Shown in pieces: positions 1 through 12,828 of a DNA stretch of 64,000 nt; the stretch's first letter is position 1; each line of letters starts with the position of its first letter. The translations under genes were made by a program, and so were the position numbers. Source of the stretch: Paraspadella gotoi (taxonomy: Eukaryota > Animalia > Chaetognatha); NCBI GenBank assembly GCA_051294375.1, contig CM119270.1, forward strand, positions 9,301,530 to 9,365,529, given 5' to 3'. Under the pieces are notes generated by a model. The model ran no database searches and was not told the DNA's origin. It saw only the letters and a program-made list of their open reading frames with translations.

Positions 1-9
1 TTTCAACAG

Positions 10-985
10 GACCAACTGATCGAAGTGAATCGCAACGGGATCCTTACCATCAACTCACAACCCAACGTCAACGCCGCCTCTTCCCAGGACAAGCTCGTCG
101 GATGGGGAGACAAGGGCGGCTACATCTTTCAAAAAGCTTACCTTGAATTCTTCATCTCTCAGACGAGACTGGGTGAGTTAATCAATTAATTTGATTAGCG
201 AATTGGGCTTGAAAGGGTTATTGCGACCTGTCCAAAAAAGCTGAGTTTTAGAAAAGAAATTTGAGTTGATTTTCTTCTCAAAAAAAGTGAAAAGGTAAAT
301 TTCTCATTCTCATTTCAAATTTCTCACTTCTCATTGACGCCTCAGACGCCCTCCTCTCCACCCTCGCCTCTTACCCCTCGGTTAACTACCACATCCTCAA
401 CCACGACGGATCCACCGACCTCACCAACTGCGACCGCATGGAACCGGTCGCAGTGACTTGGGGCGTCTTCCCCGGAAGGGAGATCGTCCAGCCTACCGTC
501 GTCGATCCAGTGTCGTTCAGGTCAATCTATCTGTTGTGGTATCTATAAATTTTTACTTAATCTTTAGTCGGGCATTGCATAAAATCACCCCGACTTTAAG
601 CATGACACCTTCAGTCGTGACCCGGTGGCTCATTGAGTAAAGCCCTCAGCTCATGACCACTAATTAATCATTCTATTAACCTTTCAGTCAATCCATCAAT
701 AAAATTACAAATTAATTAATCAATAAATCAATGAGGAATTGAACGATGAGAAAAAATTGATGACAATGACAGCAGAGTAAACAATATTTAATGTCAATTT
801 CCTCCGACAGAGTTTGGAAGGACGAAGCCTTCGCGTTGTGGCTGGAGAAGTGGGAGCGTCTCTACGACGACGCGACTTCGCGCAGCGTGGTACGCGGTAT
901 ACACGACGCTTACCTCCTCGTCAACCTCGTAGACAACGACTTCCCTGGACAGAGCTGCCTCTGGGATTTGCTGCGGAAGGTTTAA
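10..985 (+). CDS. MTHFR: Methylenetetrahydrofolate reductase, last three coding exons (10-172, 346-520, 811-985); 5' part lies outside the window
   Basis: Spliced translation [21 protein letters not shown]...[19 protein letters not shown] / [24 protein letters not shown] / [10 protein letters not shown]...LVNLVDNDF matches the MTHFR C-terminal regulatory domain. GT-AG introns have consistent phases (1, 2). Stop TAA at 983-985. Confidence 0.97.
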
Positions 986-2952
986 GAAGTCATTGATGGA
1001 GTTGATGGAGAGACGAGGTGCTTGGGTGGTTGAGGGATGTTTCACGTGATCGGCGCGAAAGTCACGTCACTGGTCAATCAATCGCGCGACGGTGGTAACG
1101 TAGTTAGATCCGAAATTAAAAACTCCGAGTCACGTTTCGAAAGTTTTTAATTGTTACAACGACATCCATTAAAAGTTGAATCGAATTCCAACAATAATAT
1201 TATTAGTATTTCAACTTTTTTAGCTTAATGAGAAAATCTATTGTTCGGAGGGGAGAGGATGGAAGGGCGGGGGCTGAGACGCTTCTCTTTCTTGAAGCCT
1301 GTTCGCTAGTGCACGAACATAATTTTTAGTTCCAGCTTGACCGTGTGTTGATTTTGAATAACTGTTGTCTTTCTTGTTGCCGAATTATTTTTTAGTCGAA
1401 CTTTTTTGTCGTTCATTCTCTTCGTTTTGATATTGAACATCGAATTTCATTTGATTTTTTTTTCGTTTTAAATTTTGGTAGATTTGATCGTTAAATCGTT
1501 TGATCGTTAAAATTTTTAACTTATATTGCAAATGGTAATTGAGTTTCGATGTCTAGTTTGAACGGAGAATGAACCTCTATTCCATGTCATTTTATCTCGT
1601 GTTCCTTTTGTTAATGAAAATTCAATGCAAAAAGTTCCGTAAAATTTTAATTTAAGCACCCCTGAGTTAAGAGGAGTTTTCAGATATTGTATTGTGTACT
1701 ATGTAGTTAGATAGTAGGCAGCGACGATGTGGGTGTGAGAGAGAGTGTGTGTGTGAGTGAGTGAGTGAGATAGTGTGAGAGAGAGAGAGAGAGCGTTTTT
1801 GTTTTCATCTAAATTTTTTCTATGCTTATTTTTCATCCATTACTTCCTCACATCATTTTCCTCTTCCTTCTCTTCACACTCATTATACAATCAATGTAAC
1901 CATTACAAACGTCTCACGTGGAGAGATCTCCAAAGATCGCAAAAAGTCACAACAATAAGAAACGGATCCCCTCGTTTCCCTTTTTTTTATTTTCTGAATT
2001 CATAAGACTTATGAGCTTTTCGTTTCATTTCCCTCCTCGCTGCGATAAGGTGAGACTATTTTAACACTTTATTTATTTATCTTAGATTTGTAAGGTAACA
2101 TGTAACATATAAAAAGCTTATTCACATTTAAAATTTTGTATAAAAAACTTTGACGGATGACAAAATTGTATTTATTGAATACTTTTGTTTGTAACTTACA
2201 TACTTTTCATAGTTCAAATCTGTTTCTCTCTAAGGAATATGTACATATCTTGTTTTCCTTTTTATTTTTTTTTCACGCCTACGACTTCACGTCTCGAGGC
2301 TTACGACCTACACCCACCAGGGCCACCACTACAAAAGTTCTTTCTTTTACAATCTTTCTCACAGTTAAATTATTTTCTTTCTTTCCCTAATCCTTTTGTC
2401 CATTTTTTTCTCTTTCATTCATTTAATTTTACTTTTTCTTACGCTCACTTTCTCGTTCCTCCCTTTTTCACTATGTTTTCAAATTAATCCTATTTCATTC
2501 TTCTCGACGCATTTACGTAAAAATTTTCATTCGGTTCATCGACCCATCTTGACACCCTTTTGATATGGTAAAAGTAAAATTTGCTTTTCATTTTATTATT
2601 TATTTACTTTTTTAATAGAAAAAGATCCAGAGGAATACGGGTCAAGCTCACCGTGACACGTAACTATTCGATCTTTCGAGATAAATGGTTCACTTTCGTT
2701 CAAGGCCGATTCAAGGCTCTCAGTTATTATCTGCGAAATACGACATCAAGTTGTTAAAACGTATTTTTTGTTTTTTCATTTATATAAATTCGTAATTTAA
2801 TAAAAATAAATAAGGAAATAAACAAGGCCGAAGGGGAATCATAATTTTTTTTTTTAATTTGGAGGTAAAGGGAAAAATACGTATGATACATGGAATTAAT
2901 CGTGAAATTACATTTATCAAAGTTCTCTCGATTTCAGGAAGACTTAGACAAA

Positions 2953-5000
2953 ATGTTTGCTGGGACACAAATCGATTTGGAAGAATCAAATCTCATTTTT
3001 GACTTGAAAAAGAAATTTTTCAATCGGATTAGCATCAGGTAATATTATATTCTCGGTTTAAGTAACGTTAATACATGTATATATTTTTGCGAATGGAAGA
3101 CCATGCGCTTCATTGCTTTTCTTAGATAATCAACTTTTATGTAACTTTTTTGAGATTTTTTTTTTTGAGGGGGGAAACGTCGAATTTACCAATGTATTGG
3201 TACTTATATAATGTTCTCCGGGAGAAACGGACTTTTCTCATCCGTTTAGTAAATTAAAATAAAATAGGATTGACGTGCTTTCCGCCCCTTTTGCAACAAA
3301 GAAATCAAGAAGTACAACAGAAACCCGATTTGGTTTCTAATTCTCGAATTGCAGACAAATCGAATCCACGAGTCGAAGGAAAATCATCGCGGGAATTAAC
3401 TCCACCACTGTGGGAATTAACTCCACCACTGTGGGCTCTTCTCTAACAGAGCGATACGCAAAGGGCCCGTCGGAATCTTCTTCGAATTCGAACGATTTCA
3501 TCTCAAGAATTTTGTCGGCAACAATTTGCCATCCGATTAATATTAAGTATCCGGTCGAAAGGCAAGCTTTGATTGATGTATTCATCGATTTGTTAATGGA
3601 ATTTAATTTTTAGAAAATAATTTTCAAGTTTGTCTGATTAATTTATCGATTGACTGGCTCTCTAATTGATTGATTAATTGATTGATGAATGGATTGATTG
3701 ATTGAAGTTATTAAACATATATCAATCTTCTGCAACTAACCTCGCAGAGATTACCAGCGCCAATTTGTAGACTTATTGCGAAATCTGGCCCCTAACAACT
3801 CTCGCCTCGGGAATTTGTCAACATGTTTGGCGAATGTCGTGGGTGTCCCGGACCACGCCTGCGACGAGATCGACTCCTCCGCCGAATCCCGCGGCTCCAA
3901 CCACTCATTCAAGACCTACTTTTTAGGCGCTGGAGAAAGGAGCGTCACGATGCTGGAGTCGAGGGATTACGTCGACGAAGAGTTCCTCACCACCGGTTGA
4001 CCAACTTTGTATTGAGTCGATAGATGAATACATTTTAAATTAATTCTACTGAATAGTAAAAAAAAAAGATTTAAAATCGTTCAGAATTAATTAAGTCATA
4101 AAATAAAACAATTATTACTTTTTGAAAATATCGTAAACACTATATTTAAATATTCCCTCAACGACCTCCATTTCTCCTAAGGACTGGCCACCACGTCTGC
4201 GTCGACGATCCTTTCCGACTGGCTTCTCCATCACTCCAGCATTCTCAACGAACGCCGGGTGCTGGAGTTGGGGTCGGGCTGCGGATTCGTCGGAATCTCC
4301 GTCGTCACAGAATGTCGCCCTCGGAGTTACGTCTTCACTGATTATCACCAAAAGGTTGTTTCATATTGATACCTGTTCGTTGTCGTTATCTCAAAGATTA
4401 TTATTGTTTAAATAATAGCTTTAACTCTATTATATGCTTATTGCAAACCTTCGTCCCTAACTTTAATCCTTAACCCTAATCACTAACCCAATCCATAACT
4501 TTACTCCTTCACCTAATCCTCAACCTAATCCATAACTTTAATCCTTAACCTAATCCTAAACCTAATCCATTACTTTAATCCTTAACCTAATCCTCAACCT
4601 AATCCATAACTTTAATCCTTAACCTAATCCTAAACCTAATCCATAACTTTAATCCTTAACCTAATCCTCAACCTAATCCATAACTTTAATCCTTAACCTA
4701 ATCCTCAACCTAATCCATAACTTTAATCATTCTCCTAATCCTCAACCTAATCCATAACTTTAATTCTCAACCAAATCCTCAACCATAACTTCTAACCTAA
4801 TTTTAAACCTTTAAAATTAACTTGATTAAAGATGAAATTGAACGCTTTGAGAAAATAAGACCATTCTTCTTATCCGACCGATGTTTTTTTTAGGTTCTTT
4901 CCCGCTGCAGAGAAAATTTCCTTATTAATCAAAAATCTTCTTGTGAAACGAAAGTGGAATTTCGAAAACTTGATTGGAAGAAAATGAAGAAAGAGGAGTG

Positions 5001-5040
<40 letters not shown>

Positions 5041-7486
5041 CTGTCGTTTTGTTTTTTTTCGAGATCAACAGATGTCGCTACCTTAGACCTGAGGATAATT
5101 CTGCAAAAAGAATATCGATAGACAAAAGAATAAAGAGAGCCATATCTCTTTGATTATTAATTTTATTATTTATATTATCAATGAGAGTAAAAGCAGTAAT
5201 AATAAAAATGTTTGCCTCTCCCGAAAATGAGTATCACTTTTTGCCTATATTCCCATATTTTTTTTTTCGCTTTTGCTCTGTCGGTCAAACGAAATTTTAT
5301 CTTCTTGAGAAATTTATTTAAGTTTAGAAATTTGATTCAAGTGATTTGGTTTTTCTTCATGTTAGCTTCGCCGGTCGACCTGATTCTTGGCGCTGACATC
5401 GTTTACGACCCCCTCCTCGTTCCGGATCTCGTTTCTGTCCTCAAACATTTTCTCATTCGACGCCGACAAAACGAAAACAAAAAGGCAAAGGGATTTTTAA
5501 CCGATCGATATACTTTATTGACCCGGTCCGAACGAGAAAAAAAAACTCACTCTATTTACATTCAGGATACTAAGTTGGAGTGCAGACATAGAAATAAAAA
5601 AGTAGACTGCAATGGCGATAATGACGGAGATGTTGACTGCAATGAAGACCACGAGGTCGACCCTCTCGCCGTCTTTGTCTCCGCGATTCGAGATTCAACC
5701 ACGCTCGATTTCTTCATACTTTGTCTCAAAAATTTTGGGTGAGAAATGGTATAAAAAATTTATTATAAAATTGGTACTGACTTTGGATAGGCTATCGTCT
5801 GTAAAGGCCTTTATCCCTCTTACAATATATAAACATAGCAGGGCAGTTTAGTTTTTTTACTATCAATAAAGTTGTAGGTACTCTGGGAGTGAATAAACGA
5901 GACTGTGAGAGACTAGATTGAAAGCTTGCAGGGACCTACTATGTCATTATCTTGTAAGAGTGATGGAGGCCTTAAACCACCAGAGCCTGTCCAAAGTCAG
6001 GGTAAGATTGCTTATTTATTAAATGAATGGATAATTTTTATATTGGTTGTACCAATTCATAAAATTCAGCTCCTTGTATTTTGATTATGGGTGGAGTACA
6101 ATATAGTATTCCCTGATCTAATACTTAAGAGGTGGTCTTTTCATACAAAACATTCTTTGAAACATACCACTTCATTGATAGGGAAGCCAGGTACTCTGGG
6201 AGTGAATAAACGAGACTGTGAGAGAGTCTTGATTGAAAGCTTGCAGGGACCTGCTAGGTCATTATCTGGTAAGAGTGATGGAGGCCTTAAACCACCAAAG
6301 CCTGTCCAAAGTCAGGGGCAAGATAGCTTATTTATTAAATGAATGGATAATTTTTATATTGGTTGTACCAATTTCATAATGTTTCAAAAAAGGTTTCAAT
6401 TATATAAAAGGAACACTCCCTCATGTTTAATTTTAATTCTCTTCATATGAAAGTAAGACTTTTTAAGCCTTTTAAAGTTGCACGTTATTATTTTTTACTT
6501 TAGAGAAGATATAACCACAACGAAACGAAAGGATCATAATGTCTAATATTTTTTACTTTTACTTTTTTAGTCTGGATATGCTCAATGTTCATATTGTTTT
6601 TATATATTAAATACGTTTGAATCATAAAATGAAAAGCTACGTTTTTATCTACATTACTGATCATTTTCGTTTTAGAAAATCATTTGACAAAAAAGTAAAA
6701 ATTTACCTTTCAAATATATTTACCCCTTTACTGAAAAAATAATAATCAACAAAATCCTGTTTTATATTGTAAACTGTAAAGATAAAAAACCGCAAAATGT
6801 AAATTTGTTAAAATTTTCAATCATCGTATCATTTTACCCAATTTTAACAGAGGCCCTCTATTTCTTATATTTTTATATCCGTAATACCACGAGTTCGAGA
6901 GATAAAAAATAACTTTTTATTTTTAAAAATTTGAAGACTTTCGGTGGAGGACTTCGAGGACGATCAGAGCGACGACTGGGAATTCCCGGATCGCGACTTT
7001 TTCAACTTCTCCGATCGAGACGCGGAATTTAAGACGCTCTTTATTCGAGACGCTTCATCGGACGAAGAGATGGAGATGCTGGAAGTGCAAGACATGCTGG
7101 AGAGTGGCGTCGCAGAGGAAGTGGAGAAAAGCTGCGATGGGTTTTATGATGAGGAGGAAGAATCGCTGGCGCCCGTTGCTTTAACAGAGAAAGATGCAAT
7201 TGTCGGAGTCGCCGGAATCGAATCGGACGGAAATTCAAAATTAGGCGATGTTTCAGTTAATGAAGAAGATACAAAGTCGACATCTTTTAGTTTATCTGAT
7301 AAAGATGAGGAATTATCAAATATTTGTAATTCTTCGACTGCTACAAAAAATGATTTGTCCTTTGAGAAAGAGATTATATATTATTCACAAACGCTGACGA
7401 CGGGAGATCACGAATATATGATTGCGTGCAATTCCCTGAGCGTGAATCTTGTCAATGTGGCTACTAAACAAGAAAAGGAATTGTAG
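2953..7486 (+). CDS. EEF2KMT: EEF2KMT/FAM86-like lysine methyltransferase (MTF16 family). Exons ~2953-3038, 3355-3561, 3748-3995, 4182-4354, 4894-5002, 5366-5738 (possible internal intron 5485-5565), 6937-7486
   Basis: FAM86-type N-terminal segment (ILSATICHPINIKYPVERDYQRQF), motif I VLELGSGCG, post-I YVFTDYH, LDW and the MTF16 signature DLILGADIVYD. All junction phases are compatible. The start codon is inferred. Confidence 0.88.
4455..4805. repeat. Intronic telomere-like minisatellite, ~37-bp unit built from ~12-bp subunits (AACCTAATCCTC / AACCTAATCCAT / AACTTTAATCCTT)
   Basis: Directly visible tandem array of degenerate CCTAA(T) hexamers, with one CCCTAA near 4475. Confidence 0.9.
5876..6380 (+). 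repeat. ~320-bp dispersed/tandem repeat family, ~1.5 units in an EEF2KMT intron
   Basis: 5876-6060 recurs at ~6190-6380. The unit junction motif ATTGGTTGTACCAAT is at 6042 and 6358. Confidence 0.9.
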
Positions 7487-8529
7487 CAAATATTTCATAC
7501 TAAATTTGCTGACTGGCTTTACACTTTTTGACAGTGAAGTAAATGCTTTGGCTTCTATCATTCTCAATGCTCATTTTTTTGGGCATAAATAACTTTCTCG
7601 CTTTTGAGTATGCAGTAGTTTACACTTTAACGATTTTATTGTTGACGAGGTCTTTACTTACGAACTAACGATTTACGTTTTAACATTTAAAAGTTTGCTT
7701 TTTTATTGAAATATAATTTTTTAACATTATTTTTTCATGGTTGTCTTTATCAAAAGTTTATTTAGGTATATTTAGTATCATAGGAGACAATTTACTTAAT
7801 GAACTTAATGGAATCGTGTGTGAAAAAAATATTAATTTCACAAAAGACGTAATATAAAATGTTATAAAAATTGTCCAGTGGTTTTGAATGGCGAACGAAT
7901 GAAAAATGGGCTCGAAAGGAAGAGAGGGGAAAACGGAATTGTGAGAGAGCGTGAAAAAAAGTGAAAAAAGAAAAGGAATTGGCTCAGAAAGGGGAGGGGG
8001 AAAGCAAAAAGAAGACAAGAAAAAAACGTGGAGGCATTGAAGGATAAAAAGGACGACGACGACGACGACGACGACGAAGACGACGACAGACGAAGTATAA
8101 AGTCAACGAAAAAAACACCCCCCCCCCATTCCCGATCGAAAACTTAAAAAAGCAAAGACGAGGAGTTGGGTGCCGCAGCGAGGACGACGACAAGGACAAC
8201 GACGACAAGGAACAAGTTTTAGCAAATTATGTCGGATCTGCCCACGATCATTAGCGGTAATTTATTAATTTATTAATTAATTTAATTAATTCCCTAATTA
8301 ATTAATTAAAATGTTTGTTTTTAGATCTTTTCATCACTGATCACGACAAAAGCAACGATGACGATGATGGCGACGACGATTGATTTATTGAATAATATAT
8401 TGATTGATTAATTGACTGATTAATTAATTATAAATTAATTAAATGATTAATTGATTAATTAACTGATTAATTATTTTATTAATTAATACTTCTTGCATCT
8501 ATATATAAAAAGAAAACAAAGCATAATCA

Positions 8530-9175
8530 ATGAGTGAAACAGTTTTTTTGTTTTTTTTCATTTAAACTTTAAACTCATTTCCACTCAAACGATTCCATCG
8601 AAAACTAATTTCCAGCCTCATCACACACTTTACTACCCACATAAAAAAAATAGTGAAATATGTTTTTTTGTTTTTTCCATTTAAACTCATTTCCACTCGT
8701 ACGATTCCATCGAAACTTCATATCCAGCTTAATCACATACTTCCCTTCCCACACAAAATTTCATTCACATCCATCTATCCAATCACGAGCAATTGGAGTT
8801 TTTTGCTAAGGTGGGATGGACGGACAGACAGACAGACGGACAGACGGACATCGTTTTTTCTGCATAATTTATCATAATTCGATGTTCTTATATTATTGAA
8901 TGCCCGACAAGATTGAGGAGGACCGACGGACCGACAAAGTGAATTATGGATGGATGGATGGACAGATGGATGGACAAAATTTTTTTTGGCATAATTTATC
9001 GTTGTAACATCTATTAAAAACTTTCGTTTTTTTCGAAATCGCTAACATTATAAACAACGAAAAGAGAGAAAATACACAATGCATAATTTATCAGATTTTG
9101 ATGTTCTGACATGATCTAAGTGAATGCCGGACAAGATTGGGGGGGTGGACCGACGGACTGACAAAGTGGATTATA
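8530..9175. repeat. Internally duplicated repeat fragments with GACAGACG/GATG microsatellites (DINE/HINE-like remnants)
   Basis: 8530-8650 resembles 8650-8760, and 8860-8950 resembles 9080-9175. Confidence 0.55.
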
Positions 9176-10182
9176 GAGTCGGAATCAGCTTTAAGCAGAT
9201 CTGACTAAAAACCGGTGAGAGGGAAAGTCTCGGGTCAGATTTCCATTCAATAAATGGAAGAATAGCGGAAAGAGATCCGAGTCACAAGGCTCCACGATTT
9301 AATGCTTTAGATATTTAAATATGAAATTTCGTTGCACCCGTTATGAAATTACTACTAGTAGTACAACCAATATAGGAAATAAATTCATTGAAATTAATTC
9401 AATTTAATGTAATTTAATTTAATTCATTATTCAATATAATCCTTTCGTTTGTTGTGTTTTTGATTAGCAAAGAGATTTGTTTTTGGGCAAACAACATTAA
9501 ATAAAATCGTTGTTTGCCAAAAAAACAAATTTCTTTGCTAGTTTTATTCATTAAATAAGGGGTAAAATTTTACATTCATTCATGATATTTCTACTCATTC
9601 CATAATATTCGAAAGTGTCAAAAAAAACCTCCTACTCATCTTTGAAAGGGTCTATTGTAAGGTATACTTTATAAACTAAGTGTTTAAATAAGCTAAACAT
9701 GAAGTAAAATGACTAATTAATTAATTGTTAAAACTGAGGCCGAGCTACCTCGACTCTCCGGTCATTCAACGGGCTTCAACGGGTTTCTTCCGTCGTGGCC
9801 GGAGACACGAGGAACACAACCAATTCAACCTTTCATCCCAATAACATCGTTTTGTCTCTATTTCCCTTTTTATATCATTGTATTGCCTCGCAATTTAAAC
9901 TCTTTTTTTTTTAATATATAATGCTAAGTTTAAATTATCGAAAGAAATAGTAGTTTTTCTTAAGGGGGAAAGTTTTAAGTCAGAACCTTATTCATGTTCA
10001 ATGTTCAGAGCAGGATCCTCTAGCGTGTGGCCCTTCCATTGAACTTCGGTTTGGCTGACCCATGCAATTTCGCCAAATATGGGAAACTCTGGAGCATAAT
10101 TTGTGACAGTGGGGTTTGCGTTCGCGCTAACCCCTTATTATTTTGAATAACTTCTCCTCTCTCTCTCTCTCCTCTCTCTCTC

Positions 10183-10229
<47 letters not shown>

Positions 10230-10531
10230 GTAGCCTCCCCTATTTAGTTCCTCTCTCTCTATCTTTATTTTCTTTTCTATCTCTCGTTTCGAGTCTCCCG
10301 CTTAACAAGTTAAAATCAGTCCAATCCAAAAATGCTAATTAACTTACTCCGTGAAGTCGTCAACGTCTCAAAAAGTATGAATGCAAGTCTTCGCCAAGTT
10401 ACGGATCTAATTGACACTAGAGAGATAAGCTGAGAAGTAAGTACACAGCTGCTGCAGTGAAATGAATCAAAACGTGAATGAAAAGAGGAGAATGGTGTCC
10501 ATACCAATTTAATAATTTTAATATTTTTTTA

Positions 10532-10840
10532 TTATGGTGGTACCAATTTCATAACAGTCAGCACCTTGTATTGTGATGATAGTGCGGAGTAAAAAATAGT
10601 ATTCGCCGATCTAATACGTAAGCATGTGATCCTTTAATACAATTGAAACAATTCTTAAAAACATTATACCACTTTATTTATAGGTTAGCCGGGCAGACTG
10701 GGAGTGAAAAAACTAGAGTGTGAGAGAATCTTTATTGAAAGCTTGCTGGGACCTGCTCTGATATTATCCAAAGCATGTCTAAAATCAGGGGCAAAACACA
10801 TCATTTATTGATCATTATATTGATAGTACCAATTTCATAC
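10532..10840 (+). repeat. Diverged solo copy of the ~320-bp repeat
   Basis: Shares GTACCAATTTCATA at both ends and internal blocks (CTGGGAGTGAA, TTGAAAGCTTGC, GGGACCTGCT). Confidence 0.8.
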
Positions 10841-11096
10841 ACAACATTTTTATTATTATTTTTATTATTATTAATATTATTATTAATTTACTTATTTTCT
10901 TATTTTTAAAGAGATTTATCAAAAACGACGACATTTTGTCTATTGATATTAATTCTTCCATTATGCCAAATTCGATTGAAAAATTATTTTCCTGTTAGTT
11001 AGTTAGTTTGTTTAGTTAGTTAGTGGTTCAACCCAAGTTCAAGTCCGTCGGTCGTAATCATCGTTTCATCTTTCGGAAGATCGATACATGATCACT

Positions 11097-11710
11097 TAAC
11101 CGAGCCAAAATTGAACACTTTTTATAACTTTTAGTTCTCTCAAAAAAATTTCTTTTTTCCTTCTATTACTAAATCGATTTTCAATGCAACTTTTGGAATT
11201 AGTTCATTGGGTTGTTGCACTGAAGCTTTTAAATATTTATTAATATATAAGAAATTACAAAAAAAAATTTTAGATTTTATTTTTTAAGAACTGATTCCTA
11301 TAGAGCTATAAAAGTTAAATGAAAGTTAGTACTATAGTACTACAATCTTTTAAAATTTTGATAATAAATTGGTTAAAGATAGAAAAAACCTTAAAAAATC
11401 ATCATCATAATCATCATTGGCGTAATTTTATAGTTTTTAAAATTTTTTATCAATAAAACAACAAAAATTTAAAAAGTTGTATTAATGAGCCTTATCTAAC
11501 TTTTAAGGCTCTACCAGAATCTATTAAAAAAAATTTGAAAAATTTAAAAAACTTTAAACTTTATATAGTAATAAAATAATCTTTAAATGCTTACGTGCGC
11601 TAATCAATAAGATAAATTTTAAAAATTATTTTTATTTTCATATTCTCTAACAGTCACTTAACCATTATTTATTTGAAAGAACTTCTAGTTTTCAACCTGT
11701 TCCGGCCTAA
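11097..11710 (+). mobile_element. MITE / non-autonomous DNA transposon, copy 1
   Basis: Collinear with 55941-56439 over ~500 bp. Imperfect terminal inverted repeats (CAAAATTGAACACT vs AGTTTTCAACCTGTTCCGGC) and TAA flanks. Confidence 0.7.
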
Positions 11711-12551
11711 TGATCACGCTTATTCACTTTTAATCTGTTATTCATTCGATTATTATCAATATTATATTCTAAGTCATATGACATTATATTATCATTTTTA
11801 ACTGCTATTTTTCTGATTTTTTATCAATATTTTTAAATGTACGTTATAAATTGTCATATCAATTTCGTAAAAATGTTATTCTATAATATTTGGCTTAAAC
11901 AATTATTTTCTCGGTTTATGTTTTAAATTAGTTGTCACATTCCAAATTTAGTTTCTTTCAAAATTGGGGCAGAATTTGAACATTTACTTCAATTATCGTA
12001 TTTTGAAGGTTCGTTAAGTTTTTAACTTCACTCAAATGAATCAGGCTTCAAACCTTTCACGCCTGGACAAAAGAGTTTTTTTTTTTTTTACTTTTTATTC
12101 CAAATATTAATGAAGAATAGTGGATGCAATATAAAAAGTTTTTTAAACAGCTCCTCTTCTAAGTTACTTCTAAGTTTTCGTCTCTCTCTTTATCTCATAC
12201 ATTTTGCCTCGGCTATCTCTTCAACTGAATTTTGACTCTACTTTTTTATACGATTTTTATAAATATGGTCGGAGTCAAGTTACGACTCATTAAAAAAAAA
12301 ACGTTCTTCCTGCTCGAAATCCCGTTTTACGGATTTAATATGTATATTTTTTGATAATCAAGTTTATAAAAACTACAAAATTCTTAATGAAGCGAATTCG
12401 CGAATTCGATTTCCGGAAAAATCAGAACCTCAGGGCTCATCTATCGAGATGCTTTATCGAGCGTTCGTGGTTGCGACCATCCTAGTAGCAGTTTTTAAAA
12501 AAAATTCTTGAAAATCATGTAAAAATTATGGGATCTGTGGAACGTCTTAAA

Positions 12552-12828
12552 AACTGACGGCTGTAGTGACGTCACTATTCGTTAGATACGTCAGTTCCTT
12601 CCATCAACGCACAACGCACTGGGCTTACGCTTCATCTACATGGTCCTGGGTTCTAGCCTTGGTTGGAACGGTCCTTGCAAAGGAGTGTCGGGACGTTTAA
12701 ACCGCAGCATCCGAAGTTCCCGAAAATATCCAATATCCATTAATCATCAGTTACTCAAAGCTGAAGCCAAATGAACGTGCCTCAAGTATACCGTCCGAAA
12801 AGCCTTTCCCCTTGCGGGAGGCGATATT
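12552..12828 (+). mobile_element. tRNA-derived SINE-like or solo-LTR-like element
   Basis: 5' hairpin AACTGACG...CGTCAGTT, B-box-like GGTCCTGGGTTCTAGCC, core GGGACGTTTAAACCGC and a 3' stem-loop-like tail. Confidence 0.5.

Noticed and set aside
2011-2760. Upstream coding exons for the EEF2KMT-like gene (ATG 2011, donor 2049/2050)
   Set aside because: All frames of the next candidate exon hit stops or phase conflicts. More likely 5' UTR exons with uORFs.
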